From a virus (Duplodnaviria; Caudoviricetes), in the IMG/VR virus record IMGVR_UViG_3300018839_000093, positions 1-56,972 of that record: a DNA stretch of 56,972 nucleotides, one strand, 5' to 3'. The stretch's first letter is position 1; every line of letters starts with the position of its first letter. Both the position numbers and the translations under genes were made by a program. The notes beneath the pieces were generated by a model. The model saw only the letters and a list, made by a program, of their open reading frames with translations, had not been told where the DNA came from and searched no databases. Positions 8,538 to 17,155 of this stretch are shown here, piece by piece.

Positions 8538-9683
8538 TTGATGCAGATGTTAAAGAAAATAATGTATTCGATTACTGAAAGTATTGATAAGGATATTAAA
8601 CAACAAGAAATTGCATCTGCTATAAATAAAAGCGAATCAAGAATCAGTAAATTTTTTAATGAAGATAAGGATTTATATTTTTGCGATATGTTACTAGCAA
8701 TTAAAAAATACGCCCTTGATAAAGAAGATGAGTTAGTAAATCAATGCATTGATTATTATTTACATGATTTTAATGTGCAGCCTTTTAACGTAAAGTGCAT
8801 TTTAGATTATTTATATAATAAAAGGAATGTTACAGGTATTCAAAACGTTTTAAATCGCATTAAAGGGAATGGAAATAGGGAAGTTAAGGATTGGTATAAT
8901 TTATATAAAATTGCGATTAGATATTTAATTGCTAATAGTAAAGATGATTTTAAGAAAGTTAATTTAGATTTAGAATCTTATTCTCCAAAATACGAAGAAA
9001 CAAAGATTTTTAAAGAGTTATTACTTACATATGTAAGTTATCAATTACGATATTATAATCAATTGTTTGAAAGAGCTACTAATCTTCAGGAAAAAATTGA
9101 TTTATTAAAAGATGGTTATATGAAGGAGAGTTTAAAAGTCAAGTTAGCAGATGTATTAGATTATGCGTATTTACATTTTAAAGGAGATACTGAAAAAGCA
9201 AGAGAATACGCAAAAATAGTTCAAGAATCCCAATATGTTTGCGCGACTTTTAAATATAACACGTATTATGTAATGGGTACATCCTACTTCTTTGAAGATT
9301 ACAACAAGGCCATTGAAAATTTGACAACCTATGTAAGCCTTCTAAATAAGTATAACTTTACAGAAAGGGCCCACCTTATTTCAGAGGATGACATAGCGTT
9401 TGTACATGCTTTTTGGAATAATGATCGATCAATGGTTAGAACTGATGATGTACTCGTTCAAGGTTACTTTGAGGCTAAACACGGCGATAAAGAGAGAGCA
9501 GTTGAATTAGTCTCAAATGAACCGGATAGTCCCTTCAAAAATTGTATTCTAGGAATCGCAAAGAGAGATATTTCGTATTTATACGAAGCGATCATAGAAT
9601 TTAATGAAAGAGGGGACAAGCATATGGCTAAATTGCCAAGAATAGAATTAGAGATTATTAAAAAGGAAAAAGGAGAGGGTTAA
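8538..9683 (+). CDS. aimR: AimR-like arbitrium receptor (RRNPP family, HTH + TPR)
   Basis: ~380 aa, N-terminal HTH (QQEIASAINKSESRISKFFN), helical TPR-like body, C-terminal AKLPRIEL; immediately followed by a secreted peptide ORF. Confidence 0.82.
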   Translation: MMQMLKKIMYSITESIDKDIKQQEIASAINKSESRISKFFNEDKDLYFCDMLLAIKKYALDKEDELVNQCIDYYLHDFNVQPFNVKCILDYLYNKRNVTGIQNVLNRIKGNGNREVKDWYNLYKIAIRYLIANSKDDFKKVNLDLESYSPKYEETKIFKELLLTYVSYQLRYYNQLFERATNLQEKIDLLKDGYMKESLKVKLADVLDYAYLHFKGDTEKAREYAKIVQESQYVCATFKYNTYYVMGTSYFFEDYNKAIENLTTYVSLLNKYNFTERAHLISEDDIAFVHAFWNNDRSMVRTDDVLVQGYFEAKHGDKERAVELVSNEPDSPFKNCILGIAKRDISYLYEAIIEFNERGDKHMAKLPRIELEIIKKEKGEG

Positions 9684-9685
9684 AG

Positions 9686-9832
9686 ATGAAAAAGGTTCTA
9701 TTAGTGTTGACATTAGGGTTAGTAATTTACGCAGGTTCACATTTCTCCCAAAAACAAGTAGCTAGCGACGTAACGCCTCTATGGACTTGTCCAGGAGGAA
9801 ATGGCGGTACAGGCGGAAATTGTTCAGGCTGA
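9686..9832 (+). CDS. aimP: AimP-like secreted pro-peptide, 48 aa (not in ORF track)
   Basis: MKKVLLVLTLGLVIYAGSHFSQKQVASDVTPLWTCPGGNGGTGGNCSG; signal-peptide N-terminus, AGGAGAGG RBS, followed by a terminator. Confidence 0.82.
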   Translation: MKKVLLVLTLGLVIYAGSHFSQKQVASDVTPLWTCPGGNGGTGGNCSG

Positions 9833-9854
9833 TTTAAATAACTATTACTGATCG

Positions 9855-9880
9855 CACCCTTTTATTAGGGTGTTTTTTTT
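9855..9880 (+). terminator. Rho-independent terminator after aimP
   Basis: CACCCT-TTTATT-AGGGTG followed by T8. Confidence 0.85.
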
Positions 9881-9897
9881 GTTCCACAAGTTGAACA
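9880..9897. promoter_or_regulatory. Second copy of operator, TGTTCCA-N4-TTGAACA
   Basis: Same half-sites and spacing as 8435-8452, one mismatch. Confidence 0.65.
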
Positions 9898-9984
9898 TTT
9901 TGACAATTGAAAAAATAATCAAATTACATAAATTTATCCATTTTATATTGTATTATCTAATTACAAAATAAATTTAATAATTTT

Positions 9985-10014
9985 TGCGCGAGTATAATTA
10001 CCCAAACGTATAAT
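9985..10014 (+). promoter_or_regulatory. Putative phage-sigma promoter TGCGCGA-N13-AACGTAT
   Basis: Identical bipartite motif and spacing at 21263-21289 upstream of phoH. Confidence 0.55.
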
Positions 10015-10044
10015 TATATGAAAGCGCTAAAAGGAGGAAATTAT

Positions 10045-10659
10045 ATGAAACAAAACAAACAACTAAATAACTTGGTAATGATGTACAAGCTATCTCCAAA
10101 TGACGAAATTTTTACGAAAATCTACGAAACTATTACGCAAACCTGGCGCAATCTTGAAACCGTAGCAAAATCAGTTCGCGCCGATATCCACGAAATAACC
10201 GCGCTATATGAAGATGTACTTCTAAAATGCATTGAACGCTACAACGGACAACAAGATTTCATCAATTTTTACCGATTCAGTTTAACTAGGGCAAGAGCGG
10301 ACTTATACCGCAAGAAAAAAAGGCAATATGATCGTGAATATTACGAATCACCAGCAGACCAAGAAAGTGATTTATTCGAAATTCTATGCGCTACTGACGA
10401 AGATACGACGGCGGCAACCGTTATATCAAAAAAAGAAGCCGACCAGCGGCAACTGATCGACTTCCTATTGAGTGGCGCAGATGAATTAACGACGGCAATC
10501 GTTAAAGAATTCTTGGAACATCCGAAACTAACGCCGACGGCAATCGGCAATAAGTTAGGGTTGCACCACTCGACAGTTTCGCGCAAATTAACTCGCCTCG
10601 CAAGCAAGTATGATTCTAAACAGTTCGGAGATTATACCGACTATTTAGTTGCGCTTTAA
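10045..10659 (+). CDS. Phage sigma-70-like transcription factor
   Basis: Region-2-like LLKCIERYNGQQDFINFYRFSLTRARADLYRK; C-terminal HTH TAIGNKLGLHHSTVSRKL; AAGGAGG RBS before ATG 10045. Confidence 0.72.
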   Translation: MKQNKQLNNLVMMYKLSPNDEIFTKIYETITQTWRNLETVAKSVRADIHEITALYEDVLLKCIERYNGQQDFINFYRFSLTRARADLYRKKKRQYDREYYESPADQESDLFEILCATDEDTTAATVISKKEADQRQLIDFLLSGADELTTAIVKEFLEHPKLTPTAIGNKLGLHHSTVSRKLTRLASKYDSKQFGDYTDYLVAL

Positions 10660-10665
10660 TTTAGA

Positions 10666-10705
10666 AAGAGTGGTACTGCGTTTAGGCATTACGCACTACC
10701 CTCTT
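10666..10705 (+). terminator. Stem-loop after the sigma-like gene
   Basis: AAGAGTGGTACTGCGT...ACGCACTACCCTCTT imperfect hairpin; no clear U tract. Confidence 0.45.
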
Positions 10706-10788
10706 ACGATTATTATAGTTTAGAAACTACACAACGTAAACAATATTATTAAATTATTTTATTATTGTCAATGGGAGGATTGAACGAA

Positions 10789-10956
10789 ATGAAACGCGGT
10801 ACACACCCATCTAATAGATATTATGCACTACTTTCGCTAAATAATACTACTTTATCACGCAAAATTGAACGAATTATGCACGACCCTATCGCATTTGAGC
10901 GCGGCCATTACGACGTTGAGCAGATCGCGCCAATTAAGGCGGTGAAACTCGGATGA
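10789..10956 (+). CDS. Small hypothetical protein
   Basis: GGAGG RBS before ATG. Confidence 0.45.
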   Translation: MKRGTHPSNRYYALLSLNNTTLSRKIERIMHDPIAFERGHYDVEQIAPIKAVKLG

Positions 10957-11049
10957 ATCTAATGAATTTATTCGTATGGTCGGGCGTTACTACTATCGCT
11001 ATTATGGTCGCGATTGTATGGCGCGGTACCGAGGCGGAATGAATAAAGA

Positions 11050-11500
11050 TTATACGCGGACGCACGTCCGCCAGTCGTCACGAAGGCAGTCGTTCAAAAT
11101 AACGCAGGCTAAACGAAAAACAGTCGGCGGTCGGCTCATGTGGCGGGCGTGAGAAATAATCGTTGGTTGGGCGGAGGCTGGATTAGGCAACTGTCTGCGC
11201 CGAGCCAACGAACTTTCTTGCGTCGGCTAGCGATTATTTGTGGCAGCGGAATGCCATAGGCGCTCGGCATAAGTCCATAAGTAGTCGCCAGCGGGCGCAA
11301 GATTTGCGGAAATGGGCCAGCGTTATTAGACGCGAAGGTAAGTGGGAATGGTTTTGGTGACATATTTAATGTCCGAATGCGTGGAGCACAACCAAGTTCT
11401 ACCGATTAGGCAGTGGCCGAAAGCATCGGTAAGTGCGCACCTTTTCCGCATGAGCGCTCGTAAATGCCGATGGGCGACGGCTATAATATCGTCCAATTAA
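11050..11500 (+). ncRNA. Large structured RNA or leader upstream of the SSB gene, family unassigned
   Basis: GC-rich with no credible ORF; helices with G-U pairs on the + strand: 11154-11170/11223-11239, 11291-11312/11443-11461, 11264-11270/11464-11470, plus local hairpins. Confidence 0.65.
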
Positions 11501-11520
11501 TATTCGAAAGGGGAATGTTC

Positions 11521-12240
11521 ATGACGAAGTACCAAAGTGGCGCAGACGCGCTAAACGCATTAAACTCAACGGGGGATAGCGGAACAAAGACGGAATTTAC
11601 GTCGTTCAAAAGCGGAAGTTCATTCATCGTTAAGGTTCTAGGAACGGCGGATTTAATTCAGTTTTTCAGCTACGGAATTTTTAAGCAAGTCAACAGCTTT
11701 GTTGCGAAAAATCCGTCCAAAAAGTCCGCGAAAGGCTATCCGGTCGAAAACTTGACGCCGTGGGATAAGGCGTGGAAATACCACAAGGACTTGTCGCAAG
11801 ATTTTAGCGATCATCACGGACAAGAGGCGTCCAAATATCGCGCCAAAGAACGCTATGCAATGGGCTTTTTCGATTTAACAACGGGCGAGCCGATTATCGT
11901 CGACTTATCTAAAAAGCAGGCGCAAGCCGTGCATGACGTCATTAAAAAGTACGAGAAGAAACTCGGCAAAGTGGCGTTTGAATTATCGAAGCAAGGCAGC
12001 GGACAGAATACCGTCGTTAGCTTAACGCCAGTCCTCGATATGGACGAAGATTTGACGGCAGAGCAACGAACTAACTTCGATAAAGCGCCGGAATCGTTTG
12101 ATATGAGCCTATTTGACGGCATCTTATACGAGTTAGACGACGCGGAACAGATCGAACTATTGAAAAAAGTCGGCTTTGACGTCAGCTTAATCGGCTATGA
12201 TGCGGATGCAAAAGCGGACGACCCAACGGAACAATTTTAA
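11521..12240 (+). CDS. Single-stranded DNA-binding protein (gp32-like)
   Basis: Position before polA, KQGSGQNTVVSLTP, acidic tail ending ADDPTEQF; GAAAGGGG RBS. Confidence 0.65.
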   Translation: MTKYQSGADALNALNSTGDSGTKTEFTSFKSGSSFIVKVLGTADLIQFFSYGIFKQVNSFVAKNPSKKSAKGYPVENLTPWDKAWKYHKDLSQDFSDHHGQEASKYRAKERYAMGFFDLTTGEPIIVDLSKKQAQAVHDVIKKYEKKLGKVAFELSKQGSGQNTVVSLTPVLDMDEDLTAEQRTNFDKAPESFDMSLFDGILYELDDAEQIELLKKVGFDVSLIGYDADAKADDPTEQF

Positions 12241-12406
12241 TCGGAAGGACGGTGACGGCGATTGTACTATTTAAAAGCGTTTTTTGCGGTCGCATGTGTG
12301 ATTCTCGCGGTCTATAACTTTATTATCGCGGAATATATACTGGCGCTCAATCAGCTAATTATTGCGTTACTACTAGCGAACCTTATCGTAAAGGAGGAGA
12401 ATAAAC

Positions 12407-12802
12407 ATGGCGCATGACACTTCTACTAAAGGTCGCCATGCAGAATTGGTTGCAATAACCGCCTTACTTGCGAATGGGTTTATCGTAATGGAACCAACTG
12501 CGCCTGATGTGTTCGACTTAGGAATAACTAGACCAGGTTGGACAGAATATAAACGCGTTCAGGTAAAGACCGCCAGACCTCGTGAAAAGGAAGGCGTAGA
12601 TTGGATAATTGTTACAGGTAAGAAATCAAATGGTGATAATTACTCCCTAAATGAAATCGATTATTTTATAGGAGTATATAACGGAGTTGCGTATATGTTC
12701 CGAAATGAAGGATTAACCGAATATTGGTGTAAAATGTCAGAGCTAGATATAAAATGGACGCGATTGGACGCAAGCATAGCGAATTTAAAGGAGGCGATAT
12801 AG
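12407..12802 (+). CDS. PD-(D/E)XK endonuclease (free-standing, homing-endonuclease-like)
   Basis: KGRHAE...FDL...KRVQVKT...YSLNEIDYF pattern. Confidence 0.7.
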   Translation: MAHDTSTKGRHAELVAITALLANGFIVMEPTAPDVFDLGITRPGWTEYKRVQVKTARPREKEGVDWIIVTGKKSNGDNYSLNEIDYFIGVYNGVAYMFRNEGLTEYWCKMSELDIKWTRLDASIANLKEAI

Positions 12803-13360
12803 TTGGTAAAAGTGACGATTGCAGGCGTAGATTACGAAGGTACGCCGAAGGAATTAAAGGAATTGTTCGAAGTGTTAGGCGGTAAGTTTCAGCTTGATGA
12901 AGAGCCGCTAAAAGTCGGTGACTATGCAAAAATTACTGCCAATAGACGTCATGGTACCATGGATTTACATGGATTTGAAATTGGGGAAATCGTTCGAGTA
13001 ATTACTTCGATAGAAATGTTGATTACAGGCGATAGAATTAAGGCGGAGACTTTAGACGGCGGAATATCCTGGTTCGTACATCAAGACGATTTTGTCAAAG
13101 CAACCGACGAAGAAGTTGCGAAAGCCAAAGCGGAATTAAAGAAGTGGGCGAAAATTGGACGTAAACCTAACGAGTTCAAGAAGGGTGATATTGTTCGCGT
13201 CAAGGAACCCGGAGACAAGGAAATCATCGGTATTTTAGCTACGGACGAACCTCGCGGTGATATTTGCGGAGGAAATTACGACCTAGAAAACGGATTTACT
13301 GCGTTAGGTGCTTTCATTACACTAATCGCACCAGTCGAAAGTCGAGTTGATCGCGAATGA
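12803..13360 (+). CDS. Hypothetical phage protein
   Basis: AAGGAGG RBS; repeated LKVGD/FKKGDIVRV SH3-like modules. Confidence 0.65.
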   Translation: MVKVTIAGVDYEGTPKELKELFEVLGGKFQLDEEPLKVGDYAKITANRRHGTMDLHGFEIGEIVRVITSIEMLITGDRIKAETLDGGISWFVHQDDFVKATDEEVAKAKAELKKWAKIGRKPNEFKKGDIVRVKEPGDKEIIGILATDEPRGDICGGNYDLENGFTALGAFITLIAPVESRVDRE

Positions 13361-13539
13361 GCCTATATTGCGCAAACTGTAACGAGGAAATTAACGAAAA
13401 TCAACGTTGCTATATCGACGAATATATGGACCAAGCGTTTTGCACCCGTTCATGCTTTCGCGATTGGGCAACGGATAACCACGAAGTTATTGCGAATTGG
13501 TACCGCAAGCTATATTTGAGCGAGAGTGGCGGCGCATGA
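13357..13539 (+). CDS. Small Cys-rich protein
   Basis: CANC...FCTRSC; ATGA coupling on both sides. Confidence 0.6.
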   Translation: MSLYCANCNEEINENQRCYIDEYMDQAFCTRSCFRDWATDNHEVIANWYRKLYLSESGGA

Positions 13540-15719
13540 ATATCCGCTTAAAATTAAACGACCCAGCGGGCGTTGATGCGCAAGAACGAATCAAGCAGGC
13601 GGTCGAGCGCAAGAAGGCAGCGACCGAAACAATGGCGGAAGCATGGGAACGCATCATGGCGATGAAAAACGGTGAGGCGGATAGGCAGCGTCTTATGGAG
13701 GTTAAGGCGGCGATGGAGGCGGGGCTAATTGGCAGGCATCCCGCCGACGTTGCCAAACGGTTTAGCAAGGCGGAAGCGCTTCGTTTATGGCGCGACTTGC
13801 AGGAACGTCAGCGCGAAGAAACGTTGCGCAAAATGGTCGAGAATACGCCGGCGAATTACGAACTAATAACGACGGAACGGCAATTCCGCGAGTTATTAGA
13901 GTCGCTAGGCAGCGAGGATATTATTGCGGTCGATACCGAGACGACGGGCGTAGATGTTTATACGGATCAAATCGTCGGCATATCGTTCAGTTTGCCGCGA
14001 GCCAACAAGCACGTTTATATACCGGTTGCGCATGCAGACGCCGAGCAACTTGATCGCGACTATGTACTGAACGGCTTAAAACCGATATTGTATGACGAAT
14101 CAATCGGCAAGGTACTTCATAACGCCATATTCGATATTGCGATGTTCCGACGACATGGTTCGGACTTGCGCGGCGTTATATGGGATACCATGACCGCGAT
14201 GCACCTGCTTAACGAAAACGAAGAATCGTTCCGCCTAAAAGATTTAGCGCCTAAATATCTCGGCGTTGAATCGGACACGTTCGAAACGCTATTTGGCAAG
14301 GATGCGCAATTTCGCGAAATACCGCTAGATATTGCGCTAGTTTACGCCGCCAAAGATACGGACTTAACGTGGCGCCTATATCAATTCCAGCGGAAACATT
14401 TCGAGAAATTGCCGACGATTCTTCGCTATTATCAGACGGTTGAAGTGCCGTTGCTATACGTGATTGTCGATATGGAAGCCAACGGCTATGTCCTCGATTT
14501 AGATTTCGCAAAATCATACGGCGAACAGTTGCGCAAGCGTGCCGAGGAATTAAGTGCGGAATTAATTGCGGAATTGACACCTTATCATGAAGGCGATGAA
14601 CTGCTGAACTTAAATTCACCGCAACAAATGCGACCGGCATTATCAAAAGCGATCGGGCAAGAACTTCCGAACATGGACGCCAAGCGGACGTTAAAGCCTT
14701 TGGCGGCAAAGCATCCGATTATTGCGAAATTACTAGAATACAAGAAAATAACGAAGCTATCCGGCACTTATATTGACGCCTTACCGCAAAAGCAAAATCC
14801 GACGACCAAGCGATGGCACTCGCGCTTTAATCCGATGGGAACGGTCACGGGGCGATTTAGTTCGGGCAAGGACGAGGACGCGGGCAACGAGCAACAATTT
14901 AACGTGCAAAACCAGCCGCAAGAAGCGCGTCCAATGTTTGTTGCGCCGCCAGGCAAAGTTCTTATTAGTGCGGACTTTAAAGCGCAGGAAATTCGATGCG
15001 TTGCGTATTTAAGCGGCGAGCCGGTTCTAATTAACGCTTTTCTCGAAGAACGCGATCCATACGCGATGATGGCGGCGAACTTCTACAAGCGACCGTATGA
15101 GGAAGTCTATAAAAACGCGGACGGCTCAGACACGAAAGAGCGCAAGCAAATGAAGGTCGTTTGGTTGGCGACGCTTTACGGCATGAGCAAATATTCGCTC
15201 GCGGAAATGCTAGGCGTTGACGTGAATGCGGCCGTCAAATTTCAGTCCGATTTGTTTAAGTCCATGCCGAAACTAAATGCGTGGATTGAATCGAACAAGA
15301 AATTCGTTGAGCAATACGGCTTTGTATGGATGGATAATCAAGCGCGGAAAAGACGTTTGCCGGACGCAAAAATTAAATTGCGTGGCTATGGAGATCCGAA
15401 TTTTAGCAAGAAGAACCGCGCGCTACGTCAAGCGACAAATGCCCGCGTGCAAGGTAGTTCGTCCATTCAGACGAAAGTGACGATGATTCGTGCCTATGAA
15501 ATGTGTGAGCGGAAAGAGGGCTGGCGCTTGTGGGCGACCGTTCATGATGAACTGATATTCGAGGCACCCGAAACGTTGACGCACGAAGATATAAAGGACG
15601 TATATGACATCATGGTCAATTCGTATCGGTTTGGCGATGTACCGAACGGTACGGACATCGAGATTATGCGTAGGTGGGGCGAAGGTATGACAGTCGATAA
15701 ATGGTTTGAGTCGCGGTAG
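13536..15719 (+). CDS. polA: Family A DNA polymerase with 3'-5' exonuclease
   Basis: ExoI DTETTG, ExoII HNAIFD, ExoIII YAAKD, TGRFSS, motif A DFKAQEIR, motif B RKQMKVVWLATLYG, motif C VHDEL. Confidence 0.95.
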   Translation: MNIRLKLNDPAGVDAQERIKQAVERKKAATETMAEAWERIMAMKNGEADRQRLMEVKAAMEAGLIGRHPADVAKRFSKAEALRLWRDLQERQREETLRKMVENTPANYELITTERQFRELLESLGSEDIIAVDTETTGVDVYTDQIVGISFSLPRANKHVYIPVAHADAEQLDRDYVLNGLKPILYDESIGKVLHNAIFDIAMFRRHGSDLRGVIWDTMTAMHLLNENEESFRLKDLAPKYLGVESDTFETLFGKDAQFREIPLDIALVYAAKDTDLTWRLYQFQRKHFEKLPTILRYYQTVEVPLLYVIVDMEANGYVLDLDFAKSYGEQLRKRAEELSAELIAELTPYHEGDELLNLNSPQQMRPALSKAIGQELPNMDAKRTLKPLAAKHPIIAKLLEYKKITKLSGTYIDALPQKQNPTTKRWHSRFNPMGTVTGRFSSGKDEDAGNEQQFNVQNQPQEARPMFVAPPGKVLISADFKAQEIRCVAYLSGEPVLINAFLEERDPYAMMAANFYKRPYEEVYKNADGSDTKERKQMKVVWLATLYGMSKYSLAEMLGVDVNAAVKFQSDLFKSMPKLNAWIESNKKFVEQYGFVWMDNQARKRRLPDAKIKLRGYGDPNFSKKNRALRQATNARVQGSSSIQTKVTMIRAYEMCERKEGWRLWATVHDELIFEAPETLTHEDIKDVYDIMVNSYRFGDVPNGTDIEIMRRWGEGMTVDKWFESR

Positions 15720-15745
15720 AACGAAATTGTGAAGGAGGAAATATC

Positions 15746-15883
15746 GTGGAAGAAAAAATTATATTCAAGTATTCATGTATCGAGTGCGGTGCAGAGTTCC
15801 AAAGTGAAGGCGAAAAGCTAATATATTGTGATTCAGAGAAATGCTTGGATAAAGACCATCGTTTAACTTTTATTACTGAATAG
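15746..15883 (+). CDS. 45-aa zinc-ribbon cassette gene (not in ORF track)
   Basis: AAGGAGG RBS, GTG start, CIECG...CDSEKC; bracketed by cassette motifs. Confidence 0.6.
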   Translation: MEEKIIFKYSCIECGAEFQSEGEKLIYCDSEKCLDKDHRLTFITE

Positions 15884-15926
15884 TTCGACCTTAACACGCA
15901 ATAAATTCGAAAAAGGACGTGATTAA

Positions 15927-16928
15927 TTGAGTCAAGATGTAGCGAATCAGATAGCGCAACACTTTACCGATTATTTAAACGAATGGCACTCGATTCCCGA
16001 AGTATTCGATAATGAATTAGACGCGCAGCTTCATCGGTGGTATGCCGAAGTTAAGCCCGTCTTTCCGAAAAAGCCGTACTTCTCGCCGTCGTCGATTAAT
16101 TCGTGCCAGCGCGAACTATATTTAAAAACGATCGGCGCCAAAAAGGACAACTTTCCGCGCCCGCCCTATCAAGCGCGCTGGACTCGGATTGGAACGGCTA
16201 TCGGCGACATTATACAGCGCGACCTACTAATCGCGGAACGCCACTACGAGCGCTTAACCGGCAAGCCTGCGCCATTTGTATTTGAGCGCGACGAACAAGG
16301 ACGTCCAATGTTCGAAGATTTTGCAAAGCGTAACGTTCCAGTCCATTATCGCGGCCATACATTTTATCTATACGGCGCGCCTGACGGCATTATGCGCTAT
16401 ATAACGCCTGATGGCGAAGTTATACGAATTGGCCTCGAGGTCAAATCCAAGCAAACATCCGCAAGCAAAACGTCTGTTTATTCGATGAATGAGGCGGAAC
16501 TAAAGCACGTCAAGCAAACGATCGGCTATTCGAAAATGTATGACGTTGATTATTATTTGATTCTTTACGTGAACGCGGCTAAAAAGGCGTGGGTTTATAG
16601 CGACAGCGATTTCGAAAAGAATCCGGATATTAGGGCGTTCGGTTTACATTTTACGGAAGCCGACCGCGAGCAGCTTTACGAATATGTGGCGGATATATTG
16701 GACGCGGTAAAGGCGAAAAAGCCGCCAGCGCTCGATTTAACGAAATGGACGTTCAACAACTTTAAGACGGCGAGCGCTTTGTCGCTAACGGACGATGAAT
16801 TTGACGAAATTAAAACGTATGTGCGACGAGTATTAAAGTCCGGCTTGCCTAACCATGAGAAGGAACAAACGCTAGACGCTTACGAGTTTATTAAGGAAAT
16901 ACGGGAGAAGGAGGATGTGATTAGGTGA
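15927..16928 (+). CDS. PD-(D/E)XK exonuclease (Cas4/RecB-like)
   Basis: FSPSSINSCQRELY, GTAIG, GAPDGI...LEVKS, Q...Y motifs. Confidence 0.75.
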   Translation: MSQDVANQIAQHFTDYLNEWHSIPEVFDNELDAQLHRWYAEVKPVFPKKPYFSPSSINSCQRELYLKTIGAKKDNFPRPPYQARWTRIGTAIGDIIQRDLLIAERHYERLTGKPAPFVFERDEQGRPMFEDFAKRNVPVHYRGHTFYLYGAPDGIMRYITPDGEVIRIGLEVKSKQTSASKTSVYSMNEAELKHVKQTIGYSKMYDVDYYLILYVNAAKKAWVYSDSDFEKNPDIRAFGLHFTEADREQLYEYVADILDAVKAKKPPALDLTKWTFNNFKTASALSLTDDEFDEIKTYVRRVLKSGLPNHEKEQTLDAYEFIKEIREKEDVIR

Positions 16929-17134
16929 GAAGTATTAGAAAGGCAACGTTAATCGCAAGTGATGATGTAACCGTTGTAAATAAACGTTTGCAAGAAACTA
17001 TAGATAGCTATAATTCGGAAGGGCTACTTGTCGGAATAGAAAAAGTATTTAGTGATTCTGCGAGAAGAACAGGAAATAATAACCGAGTAAGTCTGTTAGA
17101 GATGTTTGTATTAGTGGTTGGTTATGATGAATAA
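16925..17134 (+). CDS. Hypothetical protein
   Basis: GGAGG RBS, overlaps upstream stop. Confidence 0.55.
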   Translation: MRSIRKATLIASDDVTVVNKRLQETIDSYNSEGLLVGIEKVFSDSARRTGNNNRVSLLEMFVLVVGYDE

Positions 17135-17155
17135 TTTCCGAGAGGAGGCGGTCAG

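Noticed and set aside
11136-11363. Minus-strand 75-aa ORF
   Set aside because: No convincing RBS or protein features; the region is better explained as structured RNA
11050-11500. tRNA, tmRNA or group I/II intron identity for the structured region
   Set aside because: No cloverleaf or CCA end, no P7 pair, no domain V and no interrupted gene recognised
15927-16928. Cas4 as part of a CRISPR system
   Set aside because: Solo PD-(D/E)XK nuclease in a replication operon; no array or other cas genes
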